In this document: in pieces, positions 16,596 through 25,240 of the stretch
Numbering within the stretch: position 1 is the stretch's first letter
Layout: every line of letters starts with the position of its first letter
Assembly (NCBI GenBank): GCA_964402525.1
Contig: CAYOCN010000001.1
Span: 18,162-44,016, forward strand
Reading direction: 5' to 3'
DNA: 25,855 bases
Origin: an uncultured Candidatus Saccharibacteria bacterium
GTDB taxonomy: Bacteria; Patescibacteriota; WWE3; UBA101185; UBA10185
The notes under the pieces: generated by a model
What the model was told of the DNA's origin: nothing
The model's input: only the letters and a program-made list of their open reading frames with translations
The model's database searches: none
Translations under genes and position numbers: made by a program

Positions 16596-16868
16596 TTATT
16601 TGACAGAGTCCTTCAAACCTTTACCAGATTTGAAAGCTGGTGTCTTGCTTGCAGGAATGTGTAATGGAGCTCCTGTCTGAGGATTTCTTCCCATTCTTGC
16701 GGCTCTTGTTCTAACTTCGAATGTACCGAATCCAGTCCAAGTAACTTTTTCGCCTTTTTTAAGAGCTTTCATGATTACATCGGATACTGCATCAACTGCT
16801 TTTGCAGCATCTACTTTTGTCATTCCGGCCATGTCGGCGACTCCAGCAATTAACTGTTGTTTTGTCAT
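16596..16868 (-). CDS. hup: DNA-binding protein HU
   Basis: MTKQQLI...[28 protein letters not shown]...[11 protein letters not shown]; SD-like AAGGGGGTG; start placed at the ATG at 16868. Confidence 0.98.
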   Translation of the reverse strand: MTKQQLIAGVADMAGMTKVDAAKAVDAVSDVIMKALKKGEKVTWTGFGTFEVRTRAARMGRNPQTGAPLHIPASKTPAFKSGKGLKDSVK

Positions 16869-16903
16869 TTTTAACACCCCCTTTCAAAATTCTGCCTGGT
16901 AGG

Positions 16904-17683
16904 CTATAAAATTTTATCAATTCTCACTATAGAACTATTATCTGTATCTAATAATACGCTTCGAAAAGCCTTGGTTCCAGAAGTTTCCCATTCAAATCGC
17001 TGATTTCTTGCGGTTTTAAATAAAGCTAAAATTATTTCTTTTTTAACACCCAAAATAGAATCAATTATCCCGGTCATACCAACATCAGACACATATAAAG
17101 TGCCGTCTGGTAACTTTCTTTCATCACAGGTAGGTATATGTGTGTGGGAACCAACAACCGCAGTAACGCGACCATCTAAATAAAAACCCATTGCACATTT
17201 TTCACTAGTAGCTTCTGCATGAAAATCCACAACAATAGCTGCAAATTTTTCATTCTTAGTTTCTTCTAATATTTCGTCTGCTTTGGAAAAAGGATCGTCT
17301 AAGTAAGAAAACGTTCCACCAAAGGAAGTTCTTCCCATTAGATTAATAACTAATACTTTTCCTTTTTTTCCAGTATCCACAATAGAATAACCTTTACCAG
17401 GTGTACCTTTTGGATAATTAGCAGGAATTATAATGGGTAAATCTTCTATAAAATCTTCTGTGCCGTTTTGCCAAAAAACGTGATCGCCACTTGTGAAAAA
17501 ATCTACACCAACATTTTGCATTTCAGCGAGGGTTTCTTCAGTGATTCCTCTACCGCCAGCGATGTTTTCTGCGTTGGCAATTACAAGATCAATATCTTGA
17601 TCTTTTTTTAAATCGGGAAGAATTCTTTTAACAGCTTTCCTTCCTCCTTCGGCGACTACATCTCCTATAAATAAGATTTTCAT
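16904..17683 (-). CDS. ymdB: YmdB-like 2',3'-cyclic phosphodiesterase / calcineurin-like metallophosphoesterase
   Basis: MKILFIGDVV, IANAEN, SGDH, DFHAEATSEK, GSHTHIPT, SDVGMTG; downstream of rny as in Bacillus. Confidence 0.93.
   Translation of the reverse strand: MKILFIGDVVAEGGRKAVKRILPDLKKDQDIDLVIANAENIAGGRGITEETLAEMQNVGVDFFTSGDHVFWQNGTEDFIEDLPIIIPANYPKGTPGKGYSIVDTGKKGKVLVINLMGRTSFGGTFSYLDDPFSKADEILEETKNEKFAAIVVDFHAEATSEKCAMGFYLDGRVTAVVGSHTHIPTCDERKLPDGTLYVSDVGMTGIIDSILGVKKEIILALFKTARNQRFEWETSGTKAFRSVLLDTDNSSIVRIDKIL
16911..16919 (-). promoter_or_regulatory. Extended -10 TGATAAAAT inside the ymdB 3' end; probable hup promoter
   Basis: TGn-TAAAAT about 40 nt upstream of the SD-led hup start. 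Confidence 0.45.
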
Positions 17684-17687
17684 GTTC

Positions 17688-17798
17688 CTATAAATCTAAG
17701 TAATTTTTACTTGTGGACAGATATCTAGGTGAGAATAGCATAACAGTACCTAAAAATACAGTAACGTAAATTGCAATTGTTGCAACTGTAATAAATAT
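17688..17798 (-). CDS. Possible 36-aa single-TM peptide with non-AUG (ATA) start, filling the rny-ymdB gap
   Basis: IFITVATIAIYVTVFLGTVMLFSPRYLSTSKNYLDL*; A/T-ending codons throughout; fills the gap almost exactly; no ATG at the 5' end. Confidence 0.3.
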   Translation of the reverse strand: MFITVATIAIYVTVFLGTVMLFSPRYLSTSKNYLDL

Positions 17799-17799
17799 G

Positions 17800-19353
17800 T
17801 TACTTAGCGGTTTCTGATATGCGAGTTTCTCTTATAACAATAACCTTAACTGTACCTGGATAGGTCTGTTCAAGTTCAATTTTTCTCGCTATTTCTCGTG
17901 CTAATAAAGCAGTAGAGGTATCGTCTACTTTTTCAGGAGAAACAAACACTCTAACTTCACGTCCGGCTGACACAGCAAAAGCTTTTTCAACACCGTGAAA
18001 AGATAATGCAGCTTCTTCCAAATCCTTCATACGTTTAATGTATGCTTCGTAGTCTTCACCTCTAGAACCAGGTCTAGCACCACTTATATGGTCTGCAAGA
18101 GCCACGATGGCAGCTTCAATGCTTGAATAGCTATCGTTGTGGTGTTGTGCCACACAGGTAATAACATCCTCAGGAACCTTGTGTTTTCTCAAAAGTTCAG
18201 CACCAAGTTCCACATGAGTTCCATCTTGATCGGTAATAACTTTACCAATGTCATGTAGCAAACAACCTAGTTTAACTGTTTCAACATTAGCATTTAATTT
18301 ATGAGCCAAAAACACACCAATTCTTGAAACTTCTAAAGTATGCTCGATCATATTTTGACCATAAGAAAATCTATATTTGAATTTTCCAAGAATTTGAATT
18401 AAATCTTTAGATAAATTATAAACACCTAATTTGTGGCATAGATCATCTCCAGCCTTAAACATAATGTGTTCTAATTCTTTTTGAGTCTTTTCAACAATTT
18501 CCTCAATTCTTGCAGGTTGAATTCTTCCATCAGCAATTAGTCTTTCTAAGGAAATTTTAGCAACTTCACGTCTAACAGAGTCAAAGGATGAAATAGTTAT
18601 TTCATCTTGTGAAGAATCTAAATCTAAATCAACGCCAGTAATCTCTTCGAAAGATCTAATATTTCTACCTTCTTTTCCAATAATTCTACCTTTTATATCA
18701 GCATCTGGGATTTTTACACGAGAAGTTGTATGTTCTACCACAACATCAGTAGCCCCATATTCTAAAGCATCCATTAAAATATCTTGAGAAATTTTATCGG
18801 CTTCTTTTTTAATTTCTTCTTCGTGACGTCTAATTCTTTTACTTTTTTCCTCAACTAATTCTTTATCCAAACTATCCAATAAAATTTTTCGAGCCTCATC
18901 TTTGGTAAGAGACGCTACTTTCTCAAGCTGACTTTTTTGTTTTTCAAACATCTCATCAACTTCTATTTGTTTCTTTTCAATAGTTTCTTTAGCAAGTCTT
19001 AAAGTTCTAGCTTTATTTTCTAATTCTTTTTCAGAAGATTCTAAACGACCTTTTTGTATAGCTATATTCTTTTCTGCTTCTAAAGCATGTTCTTTGATTT
19101 TTCTAGCCTCATCTTCAGCAGAAGATTTTACCCTAAATGCCTGATCACGAGCTTCTAAAACTAGTTCTTTAGCACGTGTGCGTGCTTCTAAAGTAATAGC
19201 ATTTTCAGCCAATGCCTTAGCGGCAGGGTCATCTGATATAGGAAGCTTTTCTATAGGTAAATTTAATAAGTTACTCTTTTTAGAGTAAAACCAAAATCCC
19301 GAAGCACCGCCCGCCGCGGCAACTACCACTAGTAATACTGTTAAAATGTCCAT
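17800..19353 (-). CDS. rny: Ribonuclease Y
   Basis: N-terminal TM, coiled coil, KH (KGRIIGKEGRNIR), HD (LLHDIGK), SGARPGSR, AGREVRV, YPGTVKVIVIRE; SD GGAGGT. Confidence 0.98.
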   Translation of the reverse strand: MDILTVLLVVVAAAGGASGFWFYSKKSNLLNLPIEKLPISDDPAAKALAENAITLEARTRAKELVLEARDQAFRVKSSAEDEARKIKEHALEAEKNIAIQKGRLESSEKELENKARTLRLAKETIEKKQIEVDEMFEKQKSQLEKVASLTKDEARKILLDSLDKELVEEKSKRIRRHEEEIKKEADKISQDILMDALEYGATDVVVEHTTSRVKIPDADIKGRIIGKEGRNIRSFEEITGVDLDLDSSQDEITISSFDSVRREVAKISLERLIADGRIQPARIEEIVEKTQKELEHIMFKAGDDLCHKLGVYNLSKDLIQILGKFKYRFSYGQNMIEHTLEVSRIGVFLAHKLNANVETVKLGCLLHDIGKVITDQDGTHVELGAELLRKHKVPEDVITCVAQHHNDSYSSIEAAIVALADHISGARPGSRGEDYEAYIKRMKDLEEAALSFHGVEKAFAVSAGREVRVFVSPEKVDDTSTALLAREIARKIELEQTYPGTVKVIVIRETRISETAK

Positions 19354-19441
19354 TTTTTTGTACCTCCATGTTTTTTAAATCCATATATTAATTATTTAAT
19401 TTGGGTATTTGCCACAAAGGTTTAAAAAAAGTTAGTAACAC

Positions 19442-19521
19442 GTAAGAAATGTTAGCTTATACATCTTATAAACACAGTTATGTAAGAAAGGCTCTATATT
19501 CATCTTTTAAACACAATATAG
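19442..19521. repeat. Two tandem ~40-nt imperfect repeats in the recX-rny intergenic region
   Basis: GTAAGAAA at 19442 and 19482; CATCTT(A/T)TAAACACA at 19462-19476 and 19501-19515 (14/15 identical). Confidence 0.7.
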
Positions 19522-19588
19522 CAAAATCCGTAGCACCATTCTATACCAGTACGCCAAAAATTGCCAGTTTATAAATAACTATAGGTAA

Positions 19589-20089
19589 TTAAAATTTAGT
19601 AGCTAATAAAGGAGCGATGATGTTGGAAGAATAACCACGAGACAATAAAAATCTATACATGCGCTGCTTTTGTACAGATACCGGATATGCTGAAAGACCC
19701 CTAATTTTCTGATCAAATACTTTAGAAATATCCGATTCTTCCTTTTCTAAGTCTACATCTTGCAAATTGGAGGTAATCAAATCTCTGGAAATACCCCGCA
19801 GCATAAGTGTTTTCATCAACTTACCCTGCGACATTGGTTTTGAAGATAGATTAAAATCACGGACAATATCTTTTGCCATCTGTTCGTCGTTTATAACACC
19901 ATCTTCGTTTAATTTTTTTAAAAGGGAGTCTTTTAAAGAAGAGTAATCCTCAGAGGAAAGTTTGTATTTATTAAGATACATCACTAACCTAGCTGTGATT
20001 TCCTTCTCAGACCTACCCCTGTAAGATACAAAGTTTAAAAGTTTCCCATGTATCCTACAGGATAAATCATCTAATTCGTTATAGTTCAT
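19589..20089 (-). CDS. recX: RecX-family regulator of RecA
   Basis: [44 protein letters not shown]; overlaps the recA stop by 11 bp. Confidence 0.85.
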   Translation of the reverse strand: MNYNELDDLSCRIHGKLLNFVSYRGRSEKEITARLVMYLNKYKLSSEDYSSLKDSLLKKLNEDGVINDEQMAKDIVRDFNLSSKPMSQGKLMKTLMLRGISRDLITSNLQDVDLEKEESDISKVFDQKIRGLSAYPVSVQKQRMYRFLLSRGYSSNIIAPLLATKF

Positions 20090-21200
20090 CGCCTAAAAGC
20101 TCATCGACAGCAGAATCTTCTGCAATAGCGTCTTTATCTTTTCCTATCTCCAATGGAATCTCGTGTAACTTTTTAACAGCTTCACGAACTTTTTTATCTA
20201 TTTCATCAGCAAGTTTGCGATTCTCTTTTAAGTATTGTTTTACAGCTTCCTTGCCCTGACCTAGCTTTTCACCATTGTATTCATACCAAGAACCACTTTT
20301 TTTAACTACGTCAAAATCAACACCCACATCAATTAAACCACCCATTTTGCTAATACCTTCGCTAAACATAATGTCGAATTCAGCCGATCTAAATGGAGGG
20401 GCAACTTTGTTTTTAACAATTTTCGCCCGCACTTTAATACCACCAACTTCAGTGCCATTTTTTATAGATTCTATTTTACGAACTTCTATACGAACGGAAG
20501 CGTAGTACTTAAGGGCTTTACCACCTGCAGTGGTTTCAGGATTTCCAAACATCACACCAATTTTTGATCTTAACTGGTTAGTAAAGATTAAAGTACAGTT
20601 AGATCTACTAATAGCACCGGTAATTCTTCGCAAAGCCTGACTCATAAGACGAGCTTGCATTGCGATTTGAGTATCCCCTATGGAACCTTCAATTTCTGCT
20701 CGAGGAACCAATGCAGCAACCGAGTCTATAGCAACCACATCCACAGCACCAGAACGTATTAAAGTTTCGGCAATCTCCAAAGCTTGCTCACCTGTGTCAG
20801 GTTGAGAGACAAGAAGTTCGTTCACTTTAACACCTGTTTTAAGGGCATATGTGGGATCAAAGGCGTGCTCAGCATCTATTAGAGCTGCAGTACCTCCTGC
20901 ATTTTGACATTCAGCAATAATGTGTTGTACAAGGGTGGTTTTACCAGAAGACTCTGGACCATATACCTCAACAATTCTCCCTCGAGGAACGCCGCCTACA
21001 CCTAGAGCAATGTCTAACGCTATGGAACCTGTTGGAATAACAGCAATTTCCTTTTCACCTATCTGGTCACCAAGCTTCATAATGGAACCTTTTCCAAAAC
21101 TTTTTTCTATCTGGGCAAGTGCAGTCCTTAGGGCAAGATCTTTGTTTTTATCCACCTTATCCACAATGGTGGGCTCTTTCTTTTCGGGCTTTTCCGGCAT
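20079..21200 (-). CDS. recA: Recombinase A
   Basis: [70 protein letters not shown]; SD AGGAGGT. Confidence 0.99.
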   Translation of the reverse strand: MPEKPEKKEPTIVDKVDKNKDLALRTALAQIEKSFGKGSIMKLGDQIGEKEIAVIPTGSIALDIALGVGGVPRGRIVEVYGPESSGKTTLVQHIIAECQNAGGTAALIDAEHAFDPTYALKTGVKVNELLVSQPDTGEQALEIAETLIRSGAVDVVAIDSVAALVPRAEIEGSIGDTQIAMQARLMSQALRRITGAISRSNCTLIFTNQLRSKIGVMFGNPETTAGGKALKYYASVRIEVRKIESIKNGTEVGGIKVRAKIVKNKVAPPFRSAEFDIMFSEGISKMGGLIDVGVDFDVVKKSGSWYEYNGEKLGQGKEAVKQYLKENRKLADEIDKKVREAVKKLHEIPLEIGKDKDAIAEDSAVDELLGDEL

Positions 21201-21234
21201 AAATACCTCCTACAATTAAATTATTATTGGATCC

Positions 21235-21262
21235 ATTCTAACAAGTGAAACTAATTTAGCAA
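21235..21262 (-). promoter_or_regulatory. recA promoter TTGCTA-N16-(TGT)TAGAAT; no recognisable LexA box
   Basis: -35 at 21257-21262, extended -10 at 21235-21243. Confidence 0.55.
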
Positions 21263-21291
21263 CGCGGGGGTGTCTAAAAATATTAGAATTT

Positions 21292-22755
21292 TTATAGTTC
21301 CTTTTTTAGCCTAGATATAACCATATCCTTGCCAAGAACTTCTAAAACATCAAATATCTGAGGGGTGGCTTTCTCACCTGTGACAGCAATTCTCAGGGTC
21401 ATAAATGCCTCCTTTGGCTTATATCCATACGTGGAAAGTAATTCGTGACATTGTTTGTCTAAATAATCTCTAGTCCATTTAGAATTTTCAATATTTTCTA
21501 ACAATCCCACAAAGTGAGATACTACTTCTTTGGCTTTAGCCGTGTCCGTAACAAAATCTAAATATAAATTACTATCAATAGTGGGTTCCTCATAAAAATA
21601 ACGTGTGAGATCGTTAAACTCGGACAATAGCTTCATTCTTTCTTTTACCAACTCCAAAGCCTGCAAAGTATATTTAGTGGGTTTTTCTTTTGCATGCTCA
21701 ATAGAATCTGTTTTAAATTTTTCATTCCATTGTTGAATTCTTTCCCATAATTTATCAGTTGGTAAATTTCTTATGTATGTACCGTTCATCCATAAAAGTT
21801 TTTGCCTGTCAAAAGCCACTAAATCGGTTGTTTGAATGCGATCCACAGAAAAATCTTTTACAAATTCGTCTAAGGAATAGATTTCTTTTTCAGTTCCAGG
21901 ATTCCATCCCAAAAACATTAAAAAGTTCAGTACAGCTTCAGGTAAGTAACCTTCTTTTAAAAATTCAATTGCAAACACAGAGCCAAATCTTTTAGATAAC
22001 TTTTTATCGCCACCTAATTCTTTTAGGTTTGGTAAATGAATTATTTTTGACATTTCCCAACCAAAAGCTTGGTATAAAAGTACATGTTTAGGAGTGGAAG
22101 GTATCCAATCGTTACCGCGCATTACATGTGTAATTTTCATCAAGTGGTCATCTATAACCACTGCCAGATGATATGAAGGAAAACCATCAGATTTTAATAA
22201 AACCTGATCATCAATATCATTAGAATTAATTGAAATATCTCCAAACACTTCATCGTGAAAAAAAATATTTTTATCGTTTGGAACATTTAGTCTAATAACA
22301 TAGTCCTCACCATTTTTTAATTTTTCGGAAATTTCTTCTTTGGGTAAGTTCAAACAATGTTTATCATACTTAGTTGTAGGCAATCCTTGCTTCTGTTGGG
22401 AATCACGTAGTTCTTCTAAACGTTGTTTGCTACAAAAACAATAATAAGCAGCATTTTTTTCTATTAATTCTTCAGCATATTTTTTATAAAGGGGTAATCG
22501 TTCTGATTGTATATATGGACCAAATTCCCCGCCAACACGTGGACCTTCATCCCAACTCAAACCATAGTCATTAATAATATCTAAAATTCTATCAACGGCA
22601 CCATCTACCAAACGGGCTCTGTCAGTATCTTCAATACGAATTAAAAAAGAACCATTATATTTTTTTGCCAAAGCAAAGTTATATAAAACAGTTCTTATGT
22701 GACCAACATGGTATTCACCTGTGGGGCTTGGAGCCATTCTTGTGCGAATATGCAT
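21292..22755 (-). CDS. gltX: Glutamate--tRNA ligase
   Basis: RTRMAPSPTG, HVGH (HIGH), RIEDTD, YYCFC, YHLAVVIDDH, KLSKR (KMSKS), LRIAVTG. Confidence 0.98.
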   Translation of the reverse strand: MHIRTRMAPSPTGEYHVGHIRTVLYNFALAKKYNGSFLIRIEDTDRARLVDGAVDRILDIINDYGLSWDEGPRVGGEFGPYIQSERLPLYKKYAEELIEKNAAYYCFCSKQRLEELRDSQQKQGLPTTKYDKHCLNLPKEEISEKLKNGEDYVIRLNVPNDKNIFFHDEVFGDISINSNDIDDQVLLKSDGFPSYHLAVVIDDHLMKITHVMRGNDWIPSTPKHVLLYQAFGWEMSKIIHLPNLKELGGDKKLSKRFGSVFAIEFLKEGYLPEAVLNFLMFLGWNPGTEKEIYSLDEFVKDFSVDRIQTTDLVAFDRQKLLWMNGTYIRNLPTDKLWERIQQWNEKFKTDSIEHAKEKPTKYTLQALELVKERMKLLSEFNDLTRYFYEEPTIDSNLYLDFVTDTAKAKEVVSHFVGLLENIENSKWTRDYLDKQCHELLSTYGYKPKEAFMTLRIAVTGEKATPQIFDVLEVLGKDMVISRLKKEL

Positions 22756-22761
22756 AAATAG

Positions 22762-22805
22762 ATTTTAACACGCTATTGCAACTAACTTTAGTTGTCTTGT
22801 ACTAT
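22762..22805. promoter_or_regulatory. Back-to-back divergent promoters, both leaderless candidates
   Basis: Minus: TGT-TAAAAT (22762-22770) 6 nt before the gltX ATG. Plus: TTGCAA (22776-22781)-N18-TACTAT (22800-22805) 7 nt before the ATG at 22813. Confidence 0.6.
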
Positions 22806-22812
22806 ATAAGTA

Positions 22813-23985
22813 ATGAAATTAACAGAAGTAGCAAAAGCGTTCAAAGCAGGATTAGTTTTTTTAGTTGGATTTATGGGTGTTTACTATATATCAATCTTAA
22901 TAGTATTCCCAGTTGCAGGAACACTTATAAAAGCAATAATTCCAGATAGAAATCCTCCTCAAACTATATTTGGATTATTAAGCCCGTTGGAATTTGTTGA
23001 AAAAGCAATAGATGGTACCCCAATATATGAATTAAATACTAAATCAGGTAGGTTACCTTCTACTATGCCAGATAAAATGTATGTTTTTAAGTATAAATCA
23101 GTACCTTTTTCTTATGTAGCAGGTAAAACAGCAATACAAGATGCTTCCGTATTGGGCTATACAGATCCAGATTTGATTACAGATTTAAAAAGCGACGTAT
23201 ATAAATGGCGAAATCTCCAAACAGGAACTATTTTGGAAATAAAAATAAATGGTAAAGAATTAACATCAACTACTCAACTAACAGGAAAAGATTATTTATA
23301 TCCAAAGGGCACCGTAACAATACAAAAATCTGCAGAAACCTCAAAATCAATGTTAAAAATGATCGGAAGATTCGATGATCCTTTATACACAACAGGCACA
23401 CAAACAGTAAAAATGGGAAAATATTTTGGGGCTAAAGTAATTGAAACAAATAATCCAGAAGAAGCTCAAGTTGCTAAAGTAGATTTTTTTAGAAAAATTA
23501 AAACTCCAAAGGAAATAGAATATAAAATATTGGGTCCTGATCCTAAAAAGGGACTGCTGAGTGTACAAACAGCAGCATTACCTGAAAATTACAATTCCTA
23601 CAATAAAACCTTCACCTCAGTAAACTTTCCAAACATGGAAGTTTATTACTGGGAAATAGATACCAACACACAGGCAGTCTATCCAATCATTGGGGTTAAT
23701 CAGGCATGGACACTAATTAAACAGGGAAAAGGGGTTATAACAAATGTAACTGCAAAAGAAGGGAATCCTTTTGAACCTTATACAAAAACAAGAATAGAAA
23801 ATATTATAATTAATGATGTCTATTTAGCTTATTATGACACTCCTGCAGCACAAACATATCTACAACCTATTTATGTGTTTGAAGGAAATTACAAAACCAG
23901 TGGAACAAATGGTGGAAGCATTTCAATATATTTCCCAGCTGTTGCAGGACAACATATTCAAGGAAATACTACAGAAACCAAATAA
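22813..23985 (+). CDS. Membrane-anchored extracytoplasmic hypothetical protein; C-terminus resembles YycI/YycH-type folds
   Basis: N-terminal TM (GLVFLVGFMGVYYISILIVFPVAG); C-terminal VYLAYY...YLQPIYVFEG pattern. Confidence 0.85.
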   Translation: MKLTEVAKAFKAGLVFLVGFMGVYYISILIVFPVAGTLIKAIIPDRNPPQTIFGLLSPLEFVEKAIDGTPIYELNTKSGRLPSTMPDKMYVFKYKSVPFSYVAGKTAIQDASVLGYTDPDLITDLKSDVYKWRNLQTGTILEIKINGKELTSTTQLTGKDYLYPKGTVTIQKSAETSKSMLKMIGRFDDPLYTTGTQTVKMGKYFGAKVIETNNPEEAQVAKVDFFRKIKTPKEIEYKILGPDPKKGLLSVQTAALPENYNSYNKTFTSVNFPNMEVYYWEIDTNTQAVYPIIGVNQAWTLIKQGKGVITNVTAKEGNPFEPYTKTRIENIIINDVYLAYYDTPAAQTYLQPIYVFEGNYKTSGTNGGSISIYFPAVAGQHIQGNTTETK

Positions 23986-23994
23986 AGTAACGTA

Positions 23995-25194
23995 TTATTT
24001 TTTAACTTCCGGTAAGATCCAGTTTAGTAGATTTCTAGTATCTCTAAATCTATCGGCACTTCCCGTAACAACAATTGTTACATCCACAGAGTCTGTAGCA
24101 TACTCATAAATTAAAACCTCCCCTGCCGCTACTGTGGTGCCAGTTTTAACACCTATAGATTCAGGTATTTCCCACAGCAAAGAGTTGGTATTTAGTAAAC
24201 GCGTGTAAAAAGCTCCATCTGTGGAATAAAACGAGTATTCCTTCAATTTAACAATATCGCGTATTACCTGAGATTTCATCGCGTTCTTTGATAACAAATA
24301 TAAATCGTATGCAGTGGAATAATGCGAACCATTTACGCCATCAAGCCCAATTGTATTTGTAAAGTTAGTATCTGTCATTCCAAAACTTTTTTTTTTTTTT
24401 TTCATGTGTTCAATAAAATCTTTGTAAGAAATTTTTCCCATGGATAGCGTACAAGCCGCGTCAGCAGAAGAATTAATAAGTAATGCATGTAATAAATCTG
24501 AAACTTTAAAACTTTTACTAATGGGCAAATAAGCTTTAGATCCTTCTACTTGAGCACAAACAGCAGGAACACTTATAACATCATCAAGAGAATAGGTAGA
24601 TACAGCTACCACAGCAGTCATTAATTTTGTAGTGGAAGCAGGAGCAGATTTGAAATCGGAATTAAATTCATACAAAATTTCACTTCTTTTATTATCAACT
24701 ACAATCGCAGATATAGCTGAAAGTTCAGGTGCCTGCTCAAAATTCATTCTTTTTACAAGCACTGGAAACTCAGGAATCTTTTTTGATTCAACAAGCTCTT
24801 TATCCATAAAATCCACGTAACGATCATTAAAGGAATAAATACTAGAAGAAAGTTGCTTAAAATACGAAGAATAATAAACAAAGTAACCAGAAAATAAAAG
24901 AAAAAATGAAAACAACAATGTATACGAAAAAATCTGAACAAACTTGATTTTAGAAATAGAAACTAAATCTACAATCCAAATAACCAACATTAATAATTTG
25001 AAAACCAAAATAGCAAAAACCTGTAATAGTGAAAAATTAGGAAAAACTAATTTAATGCGAGGAATCTTAATCTTAAACTTATTAAAAGGACGTGGAATAA
25101 AAGAAAAAACTTTACGACACCTATTTATCAATTTAACAATAAGGCTTTTACAACGTGCCAATAAAGAATTCACCCGCGACGGTAAAATAAACAT
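23995..25194 (-). CDS. Peptidase S11 D-Ala-D-Ala carboxypeptidase (DacB/PBP5-like) with long basic/hydrophobic N-terminus
   Basis: SAISAIVVD, PASTTKLMTA (SxxK), TNFTNTIGLD, STAYDL, GVKTGTT (KTG). Start placed at the ATG at 25194 (TATCAT 6 nt upstream); the ORF track uses a TTG at 25230. Confidence 0.9.
   Translation of the reverse strand: MFILPSRVNSLLARCKSLIVKLINRCRKVFSFIPRPFNKFKIKIPRIKLVFPNFSLLQVFAILVFKLLMLVIWIVDLVSISKIKFVQIFSYTLLFSFFLLFSGYFVYYSSYFKQLSSSIYSFNDRYVDFMDKELVESKKIPEFPVLVKRMNFEQAPELSAISAIVVDNKRSEILYEFNSDFKSAPASTTKLMTAVVAVSTYSLDDVISVPAVCAQVEGSKAYLPISKSFKVSDLLHALLINSSADAACTLSMGKISYKDFIEHMKKKKKSFGMTDTNFTNTIGLDGVNGSHYSTAYDLYLLSKNAMKSQVIRDIVKLKEYSFYSTDGAFYTRLLNTNSLLWEIPESIGVKTGTTVAAGEVLIYEYATDSVDVTIVVTGSADRFRDTRNLLNWILPEVKK
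24387..24402. repeat. T16 homopolymer (A16 on the coding strand) within the carboxypeptidase gene
   Basis: Encodes ATG AAA AAA AAA AAA AAA AGT (MKKKKKS), in frame. Confidence 0.95.
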
Positions 25195-25240
25195 AAAGAA
25201 ATGATATCCAGTTCTAAACCAAAGGGTCAATCATTTAATT

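Noticed and set aside
17771-17785. TTGCAA-TTG-TTGCAA palindrome pair as an operator
   Set aside because: Short, AT-rich and also explained by ACA-ATT-GCA codons of the candidate sORF; not distinguishable from chance.
19442-19521. Mini-CRISPR interpretation of the rny-leader repeat
   Set aside because: Only two degenerate units, no repeat-spacer periodicity and no cas genes.
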